Shown here one piece after another: positions 49,834 to 62,254 of a stretch of DNA of 64,000 bases. The DNA lies in contig NC_068987.1 of the NCBI RefSeq assembly GCF_001194135.2, positions 23,864,831-23,928,830 on the forward strand, read 5' to 3'. The notes under the pieces were generated by a model. It was not told the DNA's origin. It worked only from the letters and a program-made list of their open reading frames with translations, and searched no databases. The translations under genes and the position numbers were made by a program. Source of the stretch: Octopus bimaculoides (taxonomy: Eukaryota). Position 1 is the stretch's first letter; every line of letters starts with the position of its first letter.

Positions 49834-50788
49834 GTCAGTAGTCATGAGAGTGTGTGTGCGCGTGTGTGTGTGTGAGAGAGAGAGAGGGAGACTGCATATT
49901 TATGTGTGTGTGTCTATATATCTGTGTACATGTGAGTATGCATGTGTATGTATGTGTGTACATATGTGGATGTGTGTGTCTGTGTAAATAAGTGCGTTTA
50001 TGTGTGCATGTGTTGTATATCTGTATTCATGTGTGTGCATGTGAGAGTGTGTGTAACTGTGCACTCTTACATGCAAATTAGTGCATTTATATGCACATGA
50101 GTGCGTTTACGTGTGCATGTATTTGTGACAGCATAGTGTGTCTTATAACAGTGTAATGTCAATATTGTAATATTTTAATGTCAGTGTTGTGACAGTGTTG
50201 TATAAGTGTTGTGCTAGTGTGGTATAAATGTTCTAATAACATTTTGTCAATGTTGAGATAGTGTTGTAACAGTGCAGTGTTACTGTTGTGACAGATNNNN
50301 NNNNNNNNNNNNNNNNNNNNNNNNNNNNNNNNNNNNNNNNNNNNNNNNNNNNNNNNNNNNNNNNNNNNNNNNNNNNNNNNNNNNNNNNNNNNNNNNNNNN
50401 NNNNNNNNNNNNNNNNNNNNNNNNNNNNNNNNNNNNNNNNNNNNNNNNNNNNNNNNNNNNNNNNNNNNNNNNNNNNNNNNNNNNNNNNNNNNNNNNNNNN
50501 NNNNNNNNNNNNNNNNNNNNNNNNNNNNNNNNNNNNNNNNNNNNNNNNNNNNNNNNNNNNNNNNNNNNNNNNNNNNNNNNNNNNNNNNNNNNNNNNNNNN
50601 NNNNNNNNNNNNNNNNNNNNNNNNNNNNNNNNNNNNNNNNNNNNNNNNNNNNNNNNNNNNNNNNNNNNNNNNNNNNNNNNNNNNNNNNNNNNNNNNNNNN
50701 NNNNNNNNNNNNNNNNNNNNNNNNNNNNNNNNNNNNNNNNNNNNNNNNNNNNNNNNNNNNNNNNNNNNNNNNNNNNNNNNNNNNNNNN

Positions 50789-50886
50789 AATGCTGTCAAA
50801 TCTTCCACCAGTCATTGGACTCTACATGGGCTTTTTCCCTGTTATTTTATATGCTTTCCTTGGAACATCCAAACATCTTTCTATGG
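50789..50886 (+). CDS. SLC26: SLC26 coding exon 2 (5' ~13 nt and acceptor hidden in N gap)
   Basis: [33 protein letters not shown] (family LPPVYGLY..FFP..IY..FGTSRHIS.G). Donor G|GTAAGT, phase 1. Confidence 0.93.
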
Positions 50887-51214
50887 GTAAGTTAATCTCC
50901 ATCTGCATATTACACCCCTCTCTCTCTCTTTTTCTTTCTTTCTCTCTTTGATATCTTAACAATACATTAAGCAATGCAATACATGTTACTGTTGCAGCTA
51001 AACACCAGTCATGGTTTGTTTGTTTACCCATTTCATTCTTTTATTTGTTTCAGTCATTTGACTGTGGCCATGCTGGAGCACCGCCTTTAGTCAAACAAAT
51101 CAACTCCAGGACTTATTCTTTGTAAGCCTAGTACTTATTCTGTTGGTCTCTTTTGCCGAACTGCTAAGTTATGGAGATATAAACACACCAACATCAGTTA
51201 TCAAGCGATGGCGA

Positions 51215-51627
51215 GAGCACATTTTATCTGTCATTACATTCTGAGTTCAAATTCCACTGAGTTCAACTTTGTCTTTCATTCTTTCAAAGTCAATGAAATA
51301 AGTACCAGTTGAGCATTGAGTTGATGTAATTGACTAGTCCCGTCCCATCAAATTTCAAGCTTTGTGCCTGCAGTGGAAAGGAGTATTCTTATTATTATTT
51401 TTATGAGTATCTTTTAAGCAGTAAGCTAGGAGAATCTTTAGCATACCAGACAAAATGCTTAGCAGCATTTCATGTCTTTACATTCAAATTCCACTAAGGT
51501 CAACTTTGCCTTTCATCTTTTCAGGGTCAATAAAATAAGTACCAGTCAAATAAATGGACTTGATGTAATCAACTGGTTACTCCCCAAAAATTTCTGACCT
51601 TGTGCCTATAAAAGAAAGGATTACTAT

Positions 51628-51714
<87 letters not shown>

Positions 51715-52090
51715 ATATAAATGCTTATCAGCATTTCTTTCAAATCTTTATATTCTGAGTTCAAATCCCATCAGGATCAACTTTGCTTTAATGATTTTTA
51801 GGGTTGATGAAAAAAAGTAACAGTCAAATACTGGAGTCAATATTATCAACTAGTTACTCCCCCAAAGTTTCAGGCCTAGAAGAAAGGACTGCTACTACTA
51901 CTACTAGTACATATAAATGCTTATCAACATTTCTTTCAAATTTTTATATTCTGAGTTCAAATCCTATCAAAGTCAACTTTATCTTTTATCCTTTTTAGGG
52001 TTGATGAAATAAAGTACCAGTCAAGTACCAGGATTAATGTAATTGACAAACCTAAAATTGCTGGACTTGTGCAAAAATTAGAAAGGATTA
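51215..52090 (+). repeat. Four head-to-tail family A SINE fragments interleaved with (CTA)n/(CTG)n microsatellite
   Basis: The TTCTGAGTTCAAAT(T)CC..CAACTTTG..AAGTACCAG block recurs at ~51240, 51480, 51750 and 51945. The last two share an upstream CTACTA..CATATAAATGCTTATCA junction. Confidence 0.8.
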
Positions 52091-52519
52091 TTATTTATTT
52101 TTAATCTACATGTTTGCTACAATCACTTGCCAAGACACACCCAGCGTCTTAGGGGAAGGATAAGAGATGTTACACAGTATGACTGCAAGCTTGAGGAGAA
52201 GTGGCAGGGATGGTAGCAAAATATCTTCATGTAATACAACACAGACATTTAAATTGATAGGGTTTTTCCAAGGATGTGTGCAGTACTTGTCAGCACACTC
52301 TTTAGGACTTCTCTGAGACATGGCTCTCCTGGGATGTTATCTAGATTCTGACATTCCTTTTTTATCATACCTAAAAGGATAAAAGGCAAAGTTGACCTTT
52401 ATGGGATTTGAACTCAAAATATAAAGATTTAGAAGGAATGCTGATGTTCATTTATTATATTATTATTATTGTTGTCATTGTTGTTGTCGTTATTACACAA
52501 GTTTTTCTTTGATTCCCAG

Positions 52520-52740
52520 GTACCATTGTTGTTGTTAGTTTGTTGATTGGTTCCCTAATAAATGAACGGTTCAGCTCTAATGGAGAATCTGTCATGTCTA
52601 TGGGCCCACGACTATTAAATGTCTCCACTTCAGAGATCTTTCCAGAAAATATTACAATCTCTCCAGAGAAGATATCCCAACTTGAGACTGAGAAGATAAA
52701 ATTTGCTATGGCTGTGACTGTAATTAGTGGTATAACTCAG
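52520..52740 (+). CDS. SLC26: SLC26 coding exon 3
   Basis: TTCCCAG|GT ACC ATT gives (G)TIVVVSLLIGSLINE..KIKFAMAVTVISGITQ. Donor CAG|GTAGGC. 221 nt, phase 1 to 0. Confidence 0.93.
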
Positions 52741-52765
52741 GTAGGCAATTGCACTGATCCTATTA

Positions 52766-53334
52766 TACTCTTTTACTTGTTTCAGTCATTTGACTGCGGC
52801 CATGCTGGAGCACCGCCTTTAGTTGAGCAAATCGACCCCAGGACTTATTCTTTGTAAGCCTAGTACTTATTGTATTGGTCTCTTTTGCCAAACCGCTAAG
52901 TTACGGGGACGTAAACACACCAGCTGTCAATCGAAGTTGGGGGGACAAACACAGACACACAAACATATACACACACATGTGTATATANNNNNNNNNNNNN
53001 NNNNNNNNNNNNNNNNNNNNNNNNNNNNNNNNNNNNNNNNNNNNNNNNNNNNNNNNNNNNNNNNNNNNNNNNNNNNNNNNNNNNNNNNNNNNNNNNNNNN
53101 NNNNNNNNNNNNNNNNNNNNNNNNNNNNNNNNNNNNNNNNNNNNNNNNNNNNNATATATATACATATATACGACAGGCTTCTTTCAGTTTCCGTCTACCA
53201 AATCCACTCACAAGGCTTTGGTCGGCCCGAGGCTATAGAAGAAGACACTTGCCCAAGGTGCCACGCAGTGGGACTGAACCCGGAACCATGTGGTTGGTAA
53301 GCAAGCTACTTACCACACAGCCACTCCTGCGCCT
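52766..53334 (-). mobile_element. tRNA-derived SINE, family B, spanning a gap
   Basis: Full head and tail; short CCTATT direct repeat at the flanks. Confidence 0.92.
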
Positions 53335-54575
53335 ATTGTGATTTATTTCAAAAAAAGTTCCCTGAACAGGAATACACCCATTGACTAATGTTTGCATCAG
53401 ATTTTTCTTTAATCACCAAAGGAGTTGGGGGAGACAGTTTATGCTTGTGAGATGTAATAGCTAAGTGATTCAAATGTAGGATTACAAAAACTTGTAACTG
53501 ACAAGGTGTATATTACACTGTCTTCAGAGGTCAGCAAAGTAGTCAGTATTGACCTCTGGGATCTATGTGGCTATAAACACTTGAAATGATTTCAGGTATT
53601 AAGGATACAGGATTATTAGTGAACTGTTTTTTGTACATGAATAAGATTCAATAAACAAAGGTCCGTCTGAAATACAATATGAAAATTCAAAACACCTTAG
53701 TAGATATCGTGTCATCGGCATATCCTAGTGAACATGCAGTGCCAACTTGGCCAATTGGTAAGCCTATTAAGGACAAGTGCACACTTTTTATGATGACATT
53801 GAAACAACATAGAATAGATCTAGAAGGATGCTGTAATTTATAGTTAAAAACTTATTAATTTCTACTTAAAATCAATGCAATAACAAGTATTATCCAATGA
53901 CATATTTCACATTAAATATTCCAATTATATGATTGAATTTTTACTGTTCTTTATTAATTTCATTAAATTTCTTTAAATTAATGACAGAAAAAAATTAAGG
54001 AATATTGTTTTTAACTCAAGAAATTTATCATTAATTATACATTTTAATTTTATTTTAGAAATTTGCAAAGATTCATGAGGTGGGGACGTAAGGATTTGCT
54101 AATTCCTAGTCTAGATTAAAATTAATGTTACTCTCTTTTTGCTACCAAGAAATTTGTATTATGAATAAAAAGGACAGGTGCTAAAAAGCTCAGAACTTTG
54201 CATTTTAGTTCTAAACTCATAACTTCCTTTACAACACAGTACTATATAAGACTGCATAAGTCATCTTGAAGTGCACAGGAATCATACTAACTTTGTTTAC
54301 ATTCAGTTAGAGAGAAAATTTTGATCCATTCTTCTGTCATTTATTTCTGTTTTGTGATGCAATCATTACAGAACTGGACCACTTGACTTAGAAATCAACA
54401 GGATCTTAAGCATTAATGAAGGAATACTTTTTTGAACATTCTTCCACTAATCCGAGATATTGTTTTTTTATATATGGAAGCCCTGTGAGTGATATGGTGT
54501 ATGGAAGCATTGTGAATGAAAGGAGTACAAATAATTTTTGGTTAACTAATATCTTCCTCAATCTTTTCTTTTTAG

Positions 54576-54740
54576 CTATTAATGGGTATTTTAAACATGG
54601 GTATTATTGTTCGACTGATGTCCGACTCTCTTGTAAGTGGATTTTCTTGTGGTGTTGCTATATATATAATCAGCAGTCAATTGAAGTACATCTTAGGGCT
54701 AACAGTGCAACGTTACACTGGAGTGCTTAGTGTACCAAAG
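54576..54740 (+). CDS. SLC26: SLC26 coding exon 4
   Basis: TTTTTAG|CTA TTA ATG gives LLMGILNMGIIVRLMSDSLVSGFSCGVAIYIISSQLKYILGLTVQRYTGVLSVPK. Donor AAG|GTAAGT. 165 nt, phase 0. Confidence 0.95.
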
Positions 54741-56692
54741 GTAAGTAAAATAAAATTCTCATTTTCTAGAAAGAGTTAACTAGTTATTCTAATTTGGACA
54801 TATCATTTATTCCATATTTCTTTGGTCATTTATATTTTAATACATTTTACACCATATAAATTGTACACCACTATATATATATATATATATATTTAAAATC
54901 AGTAGAAACCAGTAGAAACAATCTACTGCCTGAGCTCAGTCATGAGGCTTAACTAATAACATATAATAATCACATGAAACAGTATTGTGGAATAAACAAA
55001 CTTTCAAACCAGTTCAAATATGCTTGTGACATATTTGACTAATAAAAAAGCCATTTTTACTGCAGTCTGCTGTGAAAAAATTCTTGCAGTCAGTAAATAG
55101 TTTCTACTGATTTTCTATAAGGAAGCTGTAATCTCCAAAGTCATTTTAAGTTTGTCTCCCTAGTGCTACCTATGATAGCCAAATGGCAAGAAATACATTT
55201 GTCAGTCTACTAGAGGGTGCCCTGAGATGACTTGTTGGTGTTTTGACACCTGTTGCCTCAAGCAAAAATTTTCCCCTGGCAAACCCTAGTAAAAACAACC
55301 TATTTACTGGTCAAATATATCAAACATATTTGAAATGATTTATTTATTCTACAACATTGATCTATGTGCATAGTGTATAAAATAGAGAGGTTTCTGAGAA
55401 ATGCTTCACAGCAGAAATTGGAATGTTCCAGCATGTTTACAGATATGTAATTGAAATACACCATAATCATAGAGCAGACAAGTCAGCATACATGTGCTTA
55501 GGATTAAATAACTGCAGGGGAAATTTTTTTTTCATTACTTTACAGTTGAAAACAGATAATGTATTGTTTTCTAAGAATATCACATTACATAGAAACACAA
55601 AAGGTTTGTAACTAGAGAACACAAATCCAACTGTAAAAATACATATATTTTTAATGATGTGTGTACATATTTTGTGACATAAATTAGAGGACATGATATG
55701 CAAATGTAGAGAGATAAAAGAAACCAACAATAGAGTTATTTAATATATTTTGCATGTTAGATAGAGAGGGGGAGAAGGAGAAAGAGAGGGAGAGGTGAGG
55801 TGAAAGAGAACTGGAGTAAGAGAGAGTGAGAGAGGAAAAGAGAGAGAAGAAGACCGAAAAAGGAGGAGAGAAAGAGAGAGTGTGAAAGAGATGAGGTGAA
55901 AGAGAACTGAAGAGGGAGAGAGCTACAGAGAAAAGGAGAGAGTTGGGGTGAGAGACAGAGATGGAGAGAGCTGGAGAGATAGAGAGTTGAAGAGAGTGCT
56001 GGAAACAGAGGAGGAGCAGGAGAAAAAGAGCCAGAGACTGAGAGGTAGGGAGGGAGGAAGAGAGAGAGAGAGAGAGAGAGAACCTATGAACTGATCAGTG
56101 ACATGAAAGTTATCTTGTAAAGAATATATCTATACAGAGAAGTGACTATTAGTTCAGAAGAGCAGAGAGAAGGAAAATTTGTCACTGTGGAGAAGAATCG
56201 GTATCTTTGACTGGAACTAAGGAAGATGTGATTTTTAAAAGGTGACCAGTTTGTGAATTGGTCAGTGTTAAGCTACTGTTTCATGGTTGTCGAGTGAGAT
56301 TGCATCTCAGGAACCAGAAAAATAAACAGCTGAGTTGCATGTCTGCTGTTTTCTAAAAGAACTAAATCTTAATCCTTTTGATACTATCTGAGATTGCCCT
56401 TGGTTCTGTGGTAGAGTTTTCCTGTTTTACAGCAATTTAAAGAAAAACCTTTCCATCCAAATTCTATCTTTCTTTTCTCCTTATTTTTTTATTTGTTTCA
56501 ATCATTACACTATCACCATGCTGAGGTACCACCTTAAAGGATTTTAGTTGAATGAATTGACCATCATAATACTTTTTTTTAAAGCCTGATACTTATTCTA
56601 TTGGTCTCTTTCACCAAACTGCTAAGTTACAGGGATGTAAGCATAACAAAAGTTATCAATCAGTAGTAGGGGACAAAGACAGACAGACACAC

Positions 56693-56704
56693 ACACACAC
56701 ACAT

Positions 56705-56797
<93 letters not shown>
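56693..56797. repeat. (CA)n microsatellite, ~50 units, inside a family B SINE
   Basis: Directly visible. Confidence 0.97.
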
Positions 56798-56799
<2 letters not shown>

Positions 56800-58066
56800 G
56801 GGCTTCCTTCAGTTTCTATCTCCCAAATTCACTCACAAGGCTTCGGTTGGCCCAGGCTGTAGTAGAGGACACTTTCCAAGGTGCCATGCGATGGAACTGA
56901 GCCCAGAACCATGTGATTGGGAAGCAAACTTTTTACCATACATTCACACCTGTTCCTTACTACACAGCCCTGTTTGTGGCTATGTTCCAAACCTCAGCTT
57001 AATGATGATAAAGCTATTTCACTAAATTCTTCAATATCGATACCAACCTGCCTGAGACCTCCCCTGGTTTTTTATGCTAATTTTCTGTTTTAAAGTGATC
57101 TAAATTAAAACATTCCATCAAAATTCTATATTAATTTATGTTTCATACCCCAGCATAATAATAATAAAAGTTATTTTACTAAATTCTTTCTTATTTTTAA
57201 AATTGATTGTGACAAAGACAGTATATTTCAACAAAAATATGGCAACAACAGGGTTAACATGAGAAAACATTTTAAAAGATCTGAAAGCGACAGTGACATA
57301 GTAATATGAAGGACTCGAGTTATCTTAGAATTTCCAAGAAAATTTACTCTTATTATGCAATATAGACTTACTTAACAAACCCTGAAGGCAGATGATATTT
57401 GTAGGAATAACAATAATAATAATCTTAATAAAGGTGTGTACATTTATACTGCATTATGTTGATTCTTGCTACTTTGTGTGTACCTTGCTCCATGCTGCCA
57501 GTGTTTATCCAAGGGGTAGGCTACCGACTAGGGCTGGTACAACTTGACGCCATTGGCATTGCAGGCATCGATATCAGAATGCAAATAGCCAAAGGAAACA
57601 CCACAATGCAATACCACAATGTGAGATCCTATAACAGTTTTGCCAATTCACCACCCTGTATTGATTCTATTTTCATTGACTCTGAAAGGGTGAAAGGCAA
57701 AGTTAACCTTGGTGGGATTTGAACTCAGGCTGTTGAGATTCCAAAGCAAATACTGTGATGTATTCTATCCAATGTTCTTATGACTCTACCAATTTGTTGC
57801 CTTAAAAGCTCTTACTGAAAAACAAAGAAAGAAACTCTTTCATCATCATACTTGATATATCCCCACTTGACCTCTTTTAGTATTGCTATTATGAATATTA
57901 CAAAGCTTGTCAACTGCTTTGTCATCACTTGCCTACTTTGATAAGAAGTGATCTGCTGCTGCACAACAACATACCACCTAATTTTGTTCTTGTCACATTT
58001 GTATATTTCTTCCTTGAGCCAATAAAGGATTATTTGTGTGGTCACTTGACCTGCTGAAAATAGCAG

Positions 58067-59693
58067 TCAAATTTCTCTCAAATCGCACCTTATCACCATC
58101 CTCATCCTCATTAGATGCTCACTAGTCATTGCCTCAGTGAGGCCTAATGTTTGAAGGTCGTGCTTCACCACCTCATCCCAGTTCTTCCTGGGCCTCCCTC
58201 TTCCACAGATTCCCTCAACTGCTAGGGTGTGGCACTTTTTCATGCAGCTATCCTCATCCATTCTCACCACATGACCATACCAGTGCCGTTGTCTCTCTTG
58301 CACACTATATCTGATGCTTCTTACATCCAACTTTTCTCTCAAGGTACTTACACTCTGTTGAGTATGCACACTGACATTACACATCCAGCAGAGCATACTG
58401 GCTTCATTCCTTGCGAGCTTATGCATGTCCTCAGCAGTCACAGCCCATGTTTCACTGCCATGTAACATGGCTGTTCGTACACATGCGTCATACAGTCTAC
58501 CTTTTACTCTGAGCGAGAGGCCCTTTGTCACCAGCAGAGGTAAGAGCTCTCTGAACTTTACCCAGGCTATTCTTATTCTAGCAGCTACACTTTCAGCGCA
58601 CCCTTCCTCGCTACTGGCTTGGTAACCTAGGTAACGGAAGCTATTAACTACTTCTAGTTTTTCTACCTGGAATGTGGTAGAATTTGTTCTCTGCACATTT
58701 TCAGTGTTTATTGCTCCTGAGCATCTGCCACATACAAAAACTATCTTCCCAGTTAGCTTTCCTTTGATATTGCTGCACCTCTTATGTGTCCATAGCTTAC
58801 ACTGGGTACATCTTATTGAGTTTCTACCTACAATCGAACAGAGCCATCTACCTGAAGGGATTTGTGGTTTGTCTGTGATCCTACTTATTAAGACTTTGGT
58901 TTTAGCTAGGTTGACTCTAAGGCCCTTCGTTTCCAATCTTTGCTTCCACACCTGAAACTTCTCTAGTTCTGATAGTGACTCAACAATTAAAGCAAGGTCG
59001 TCAGCATAGAGGAGCTCCCAGGGGTATCCTGTCTTGAATTCCTGTGTTATTGCCTGGAGGACTATGATAAATAGGAGGGGGTTGAGGACCGAACCTTGGT
59101 GGACCTCTGCAGTGATTCCTGATGGGCCGAGGGCTTTCCCTGACTTCATACTCTTAATTACTCTTAATTGCTTTATCTACCAAGGTACTATCAATTCGGA
59201 TAGCTGGTTCCTCTGTTGGGTCGACATTCGGCAGACTCTCTTTCTCCTATTCATTCTCTTTATTAAGCAACCTTTCATGGTGGTGTCTCCAAACCTCTCT
59301 CTTTGCAGCCTCGTTTAGTGCAAGTGAACTATCATCCATGCAGACACATTTCTCTCCTACAACATCATGATTCTCTCTCACACACTGTCTTGCAACACGA
59401 AATACCTCAAGTCTTTGGTCCTCATGGTGCAGAACATTGGCAATTTTTTTCTTATCTGCTTCCCCTCTGGCTAAATAAACCTGTCTCCTAGGTTCCCCTC
59501 TGGCAGTCTGATACAATTCCCTGCTACCACCATTCTTCCAGTCCTTCCAACCCGGTTTCTTTTCTCTAATAGCTCTGTCAACAACATTGTTCCACCACCA
59601 CGTTATTTTGGGTCGAGAGGGGACTTTGCACCATCCACAGATCTGCACAGGTTGTCTCGTAGAAACCTCCAGTTGTCTTCTACATTGTGTGAG
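58067..59693 (-). mobile_element. RTE-clade LINE ORF, internally deleted and frameshifted
   Basis: TWWWNNVVDRAIREKK..RQCVRENHDVVGEKC / MKSGKALGPSGITAE|VHQGSVLNPLLF..ELLYADDL..GLRVNLAKTKV..CTQCKLWTHKRC..FRYLG..GRLYDACVRTAMLHGSETW..WYGHVVRM..GRGRPRKNW. Confidence 0.95.
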
Positions 59694-59993
59694 NNNNNNN
59701 NNNNNNNNNNNNNNNNNNNNNNNNNNNNNNNNNNNNNNNNNNNNNNNNNNNNNNNNNNNNNNNNNNNNNNNNNNNNNNNNNNNNNNNNNNNNNNNNNNNN
59801 NNNNNNNNNNNNNNNNNNNNNNNNNNNNNNNNNNNNNNNNNNNNNNNNNNNNNNNNNNNNNNNNNNNNNNNNNNNNNNNNNNNNNNNNNNNNNNNNNNNN
59901 NNNNNNNNNNNNNNNNNNNNNNNNNNNNNNNNNNNNNNNNNNNNNNNNNNNNNNNNNNNNNNNNTCTCCGTGTTTTTCTCCTTGTCTCCGTAT

Positions 59994-60030
59994 TCTTTCT
60001 GTTGAAGAGCGTAGCTCGAAACGTCAAAGA
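59994..60030 (+). ncRNA. Minimal type I hammerhead-ribozyme motif with A6U core variant
   Basis: Stem I TCTTT(59994)/AAAGA(60026); core CTGTTGA 59999-60005 plus extra A; stem II GAGC-GTA-GCTC; GAAA 60018-60021; C-G; GTC triplet 60023-60025. Confidence 0.8.
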
Positions 60031-60118
60031 CTTTCCGTATTCCCGAGCGTCATACTAATATATACTTTTGTTATTTACACCACCTGCCCTCGTCTGTTGT
60101 TATTATTTGTATATTCTC

Positions 60119-60158
<40 letters not shown>

Positions 60159-60738
60159 GCAGGCACACACGCACGCGCACACACACAACAGGCTTCTTTC
60201 AGCTTTCATCTATCAAATCCACTCACAAGTCTTTGGTTAGCTTTTTTTGTGATCCTTTGTTGAATTCTCCTTCTTTCTATCTGTTAAAATACCCAAGTTA
60301 GGAAGTCACACATCAACCATTTCAACTTCATTTACACCTTTCCTCTTCTACTTTTTTCTATTTTCTTTCTTCTTTTCAGTTTTTCTTTCTGTATTCTCAT
60401 TGTGCTTGTTTTTATATTAATTTCTCCATACCAGTTAGTTTTGCATGAGTTTGAAATGTAGCATTATTCCCTGTCTTAATCCTGCATAGTCTCACCTATG
60501 AAAATCAATCTTCCCTTGTTCCTCCCTTCTGTCAGTATTTCCCCACTTTTAACCCCTAACACTTTTCTCCCAACATGCAAAAGCCATGTCAAATTGTATC
60601 ATTTAAACATTTTATTTCAGTTGTAATATTGCTGTAGAAATGAGATAGTCTGTGTAAAACCCTTATAAAAATGTGCATGAGATTAAGTATTTATAAGCTG
60701 TATACATTTAATCATATTATTTTCCTCAACATTTGCAG

Positions 60739-60894
60739 ACAATTGTGGCAGTTGCAAAACTTCTCCCAGAATGTAACTACCCAGAACTTCTATTATCAAT
60801 TGTTGTCATGGTGATTATCTACTTAGTCAAGGTGTACATCAATGAAAAATTTAAAACTAGGTTATTAATACCAGTCCCTATTGATTTAATCATG
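60739..60894 (+). CDS. SLC26: SLC26 coding exon 5
   Basis: TTTGCAG|ACA ATT gives TIVAVAKLLPECNYPELLLSIVVMVIIYLVKVYINEKFKTRLLIPVPIDLIM. Donor ATG|GTAAGC. 156 nt, phase 0. Confidence 0.95.
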
Positions 60895-61447
60895 GTAAGC
60901 TTCAGTTTCTTATTACAATCCTTCCTTTATTTCGCACAGTGATTAACATCTTGAAATCAGTTATCATTTCACAAGTCTTCCTTGGTTTCTCTTTTCCACA
61001 GGTTATAGCCAATTTGAGCTCTTGGCACATACAGCTGTCATACTCCTTACACATGATGTGTCAATAGAATCACAATCCTCTATCTTGCACACTACGTCTG
61101 GTTTGTTTTAAATCCAATTTTTCTCTCTGCTCATTTGTTCTTTGATGTTCATGCACACTAGCAATACACTTGCAATAGAACATGCTTACTTTATTTTTTC
61201 CTAGTCATTGCAAGTACACTGCAAATATGGCCTGTGTTTTATTACCCTACAACATCAGAGTTCAAATCCAATCATCAGACAGTCTGCTTTGCAATCTAAG
61301 CATGTCAGCAGAGATATTTCCCAGCAATTATACTTTTGGAACAACTGATTATAATTATGTCATCTATGTATTACTATGTAATTATTGATTATGTCTGTAA
61401 TTACTGGTTATATCGTCATTATGTAATTATGTAATTACTGATTATGT

Positions 61448-62254
61448 CAGGGGTTTTCAAACTTTTTGACTTGCGGACCCCTTTATATTTCAGGTTTTAC
61501 CTTAGGGACCCCCTTATAAACGCTTATGAAATTTATACATAAATATTTGCTTAAAATAACATATATTTTTACATTTATTTATTTAACAGTATTTAACAAA
61601 TAGGTTTATTGTCAATTAAAATATTTCGATTAAAAAACATATCATCATCATCATCATCGTTTAACGTCCGCTTTCCATGCTAGCATGGGTTGGACGATTT
61701 GACTGAGGACTGGTGAAACTGGATGGCAACACCAGGCTCCAATCTAATTTGGCAGAGTTTCTACAGCTGGATGCCCTTCCTAATGCCAACCACTCAGAGA
61801 GTGTAGTGGGTGCTTTTATGTGTCACCCACACGAAGGCCAGTCAGGCGGTACTGGCAACGGCCATGTTCAAAATGGTGTCTTCTATGTGCCAGCTGCACA
61901 AGAGCCAGTCCAGGGGCACTGGCAATGATCTCACTCGAAAATCCTACGAAGGCCAGTCAGGCGGTACTGGCAATGGCCACGCTCAAAATGGTGCATCTTA
62001 TGTGCCACCCGCACAAGAGCCAGTCCAGGGGCACTGGCAACGATCTCACTTGGCTGGCCGGGTCTTCTCACGCACAGCACATTTCAAAAGGTCTCGGTCA
62101 GTAGTCATCGCCTCGGTGAGGCCCAATGTTCGAAGGTCTTGCCTCACCACCTCAGCCCAGGTCTTCCTGGGCCTAAAATCAAATTGCCCATAAAAAGTAT
62201 TTGCTGTCCATGGACCCCCCGTCTTGTCCACGGATCACAGTTTGAAAACCCCTG
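61448..62254. mobile_element. hAT-type MITE with 8-bp TSD
   Basis: Perfect 16-bp TIRs CAGGGGTTTTCAAACT (61448) and AGTTTGAAAACCCCTG (62239-62254); TSD GATTATGT at 61440-61447 and 62255-62262. Confidence 0.95.
61642..62176 (-). mobile_element. 5'-truncated RTE (ORF end, 3' UTR, (GAT)n tail) nested in the hAT MITE
   Basis: RPRKTWAEVVRQDLRTLGLTEAMTTDRDL..AVREKTR; ~103-bp tandem duplication in the UTR (61833 and 61948). Confidence 0.9.

Noticed and set aside
55740-56080. Coding potential of the GA-rich tract (and the pyrimidine tract at ~62930-63620)
   Set aside because: Degenerate (GA)n/(CT)n low-complexity sequence.
13306-56900. Many listed ORFs rich in YI/CV/HT dipeptides or X
   Set aside because: They are translations of (TA)n, (CA)n and (GATA)n microsatellites or of N gaps.
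61002-61067. Possible SLC26 exon 6 after TTTTCCACAG, starting VIA
   Set aside because: The frame hits a stop after 21 codons with no SLC26 similarity or good donor; the pyrimidine tract resembles the reverse complement of the RTE GRGRPRK segment (compare ~58185).
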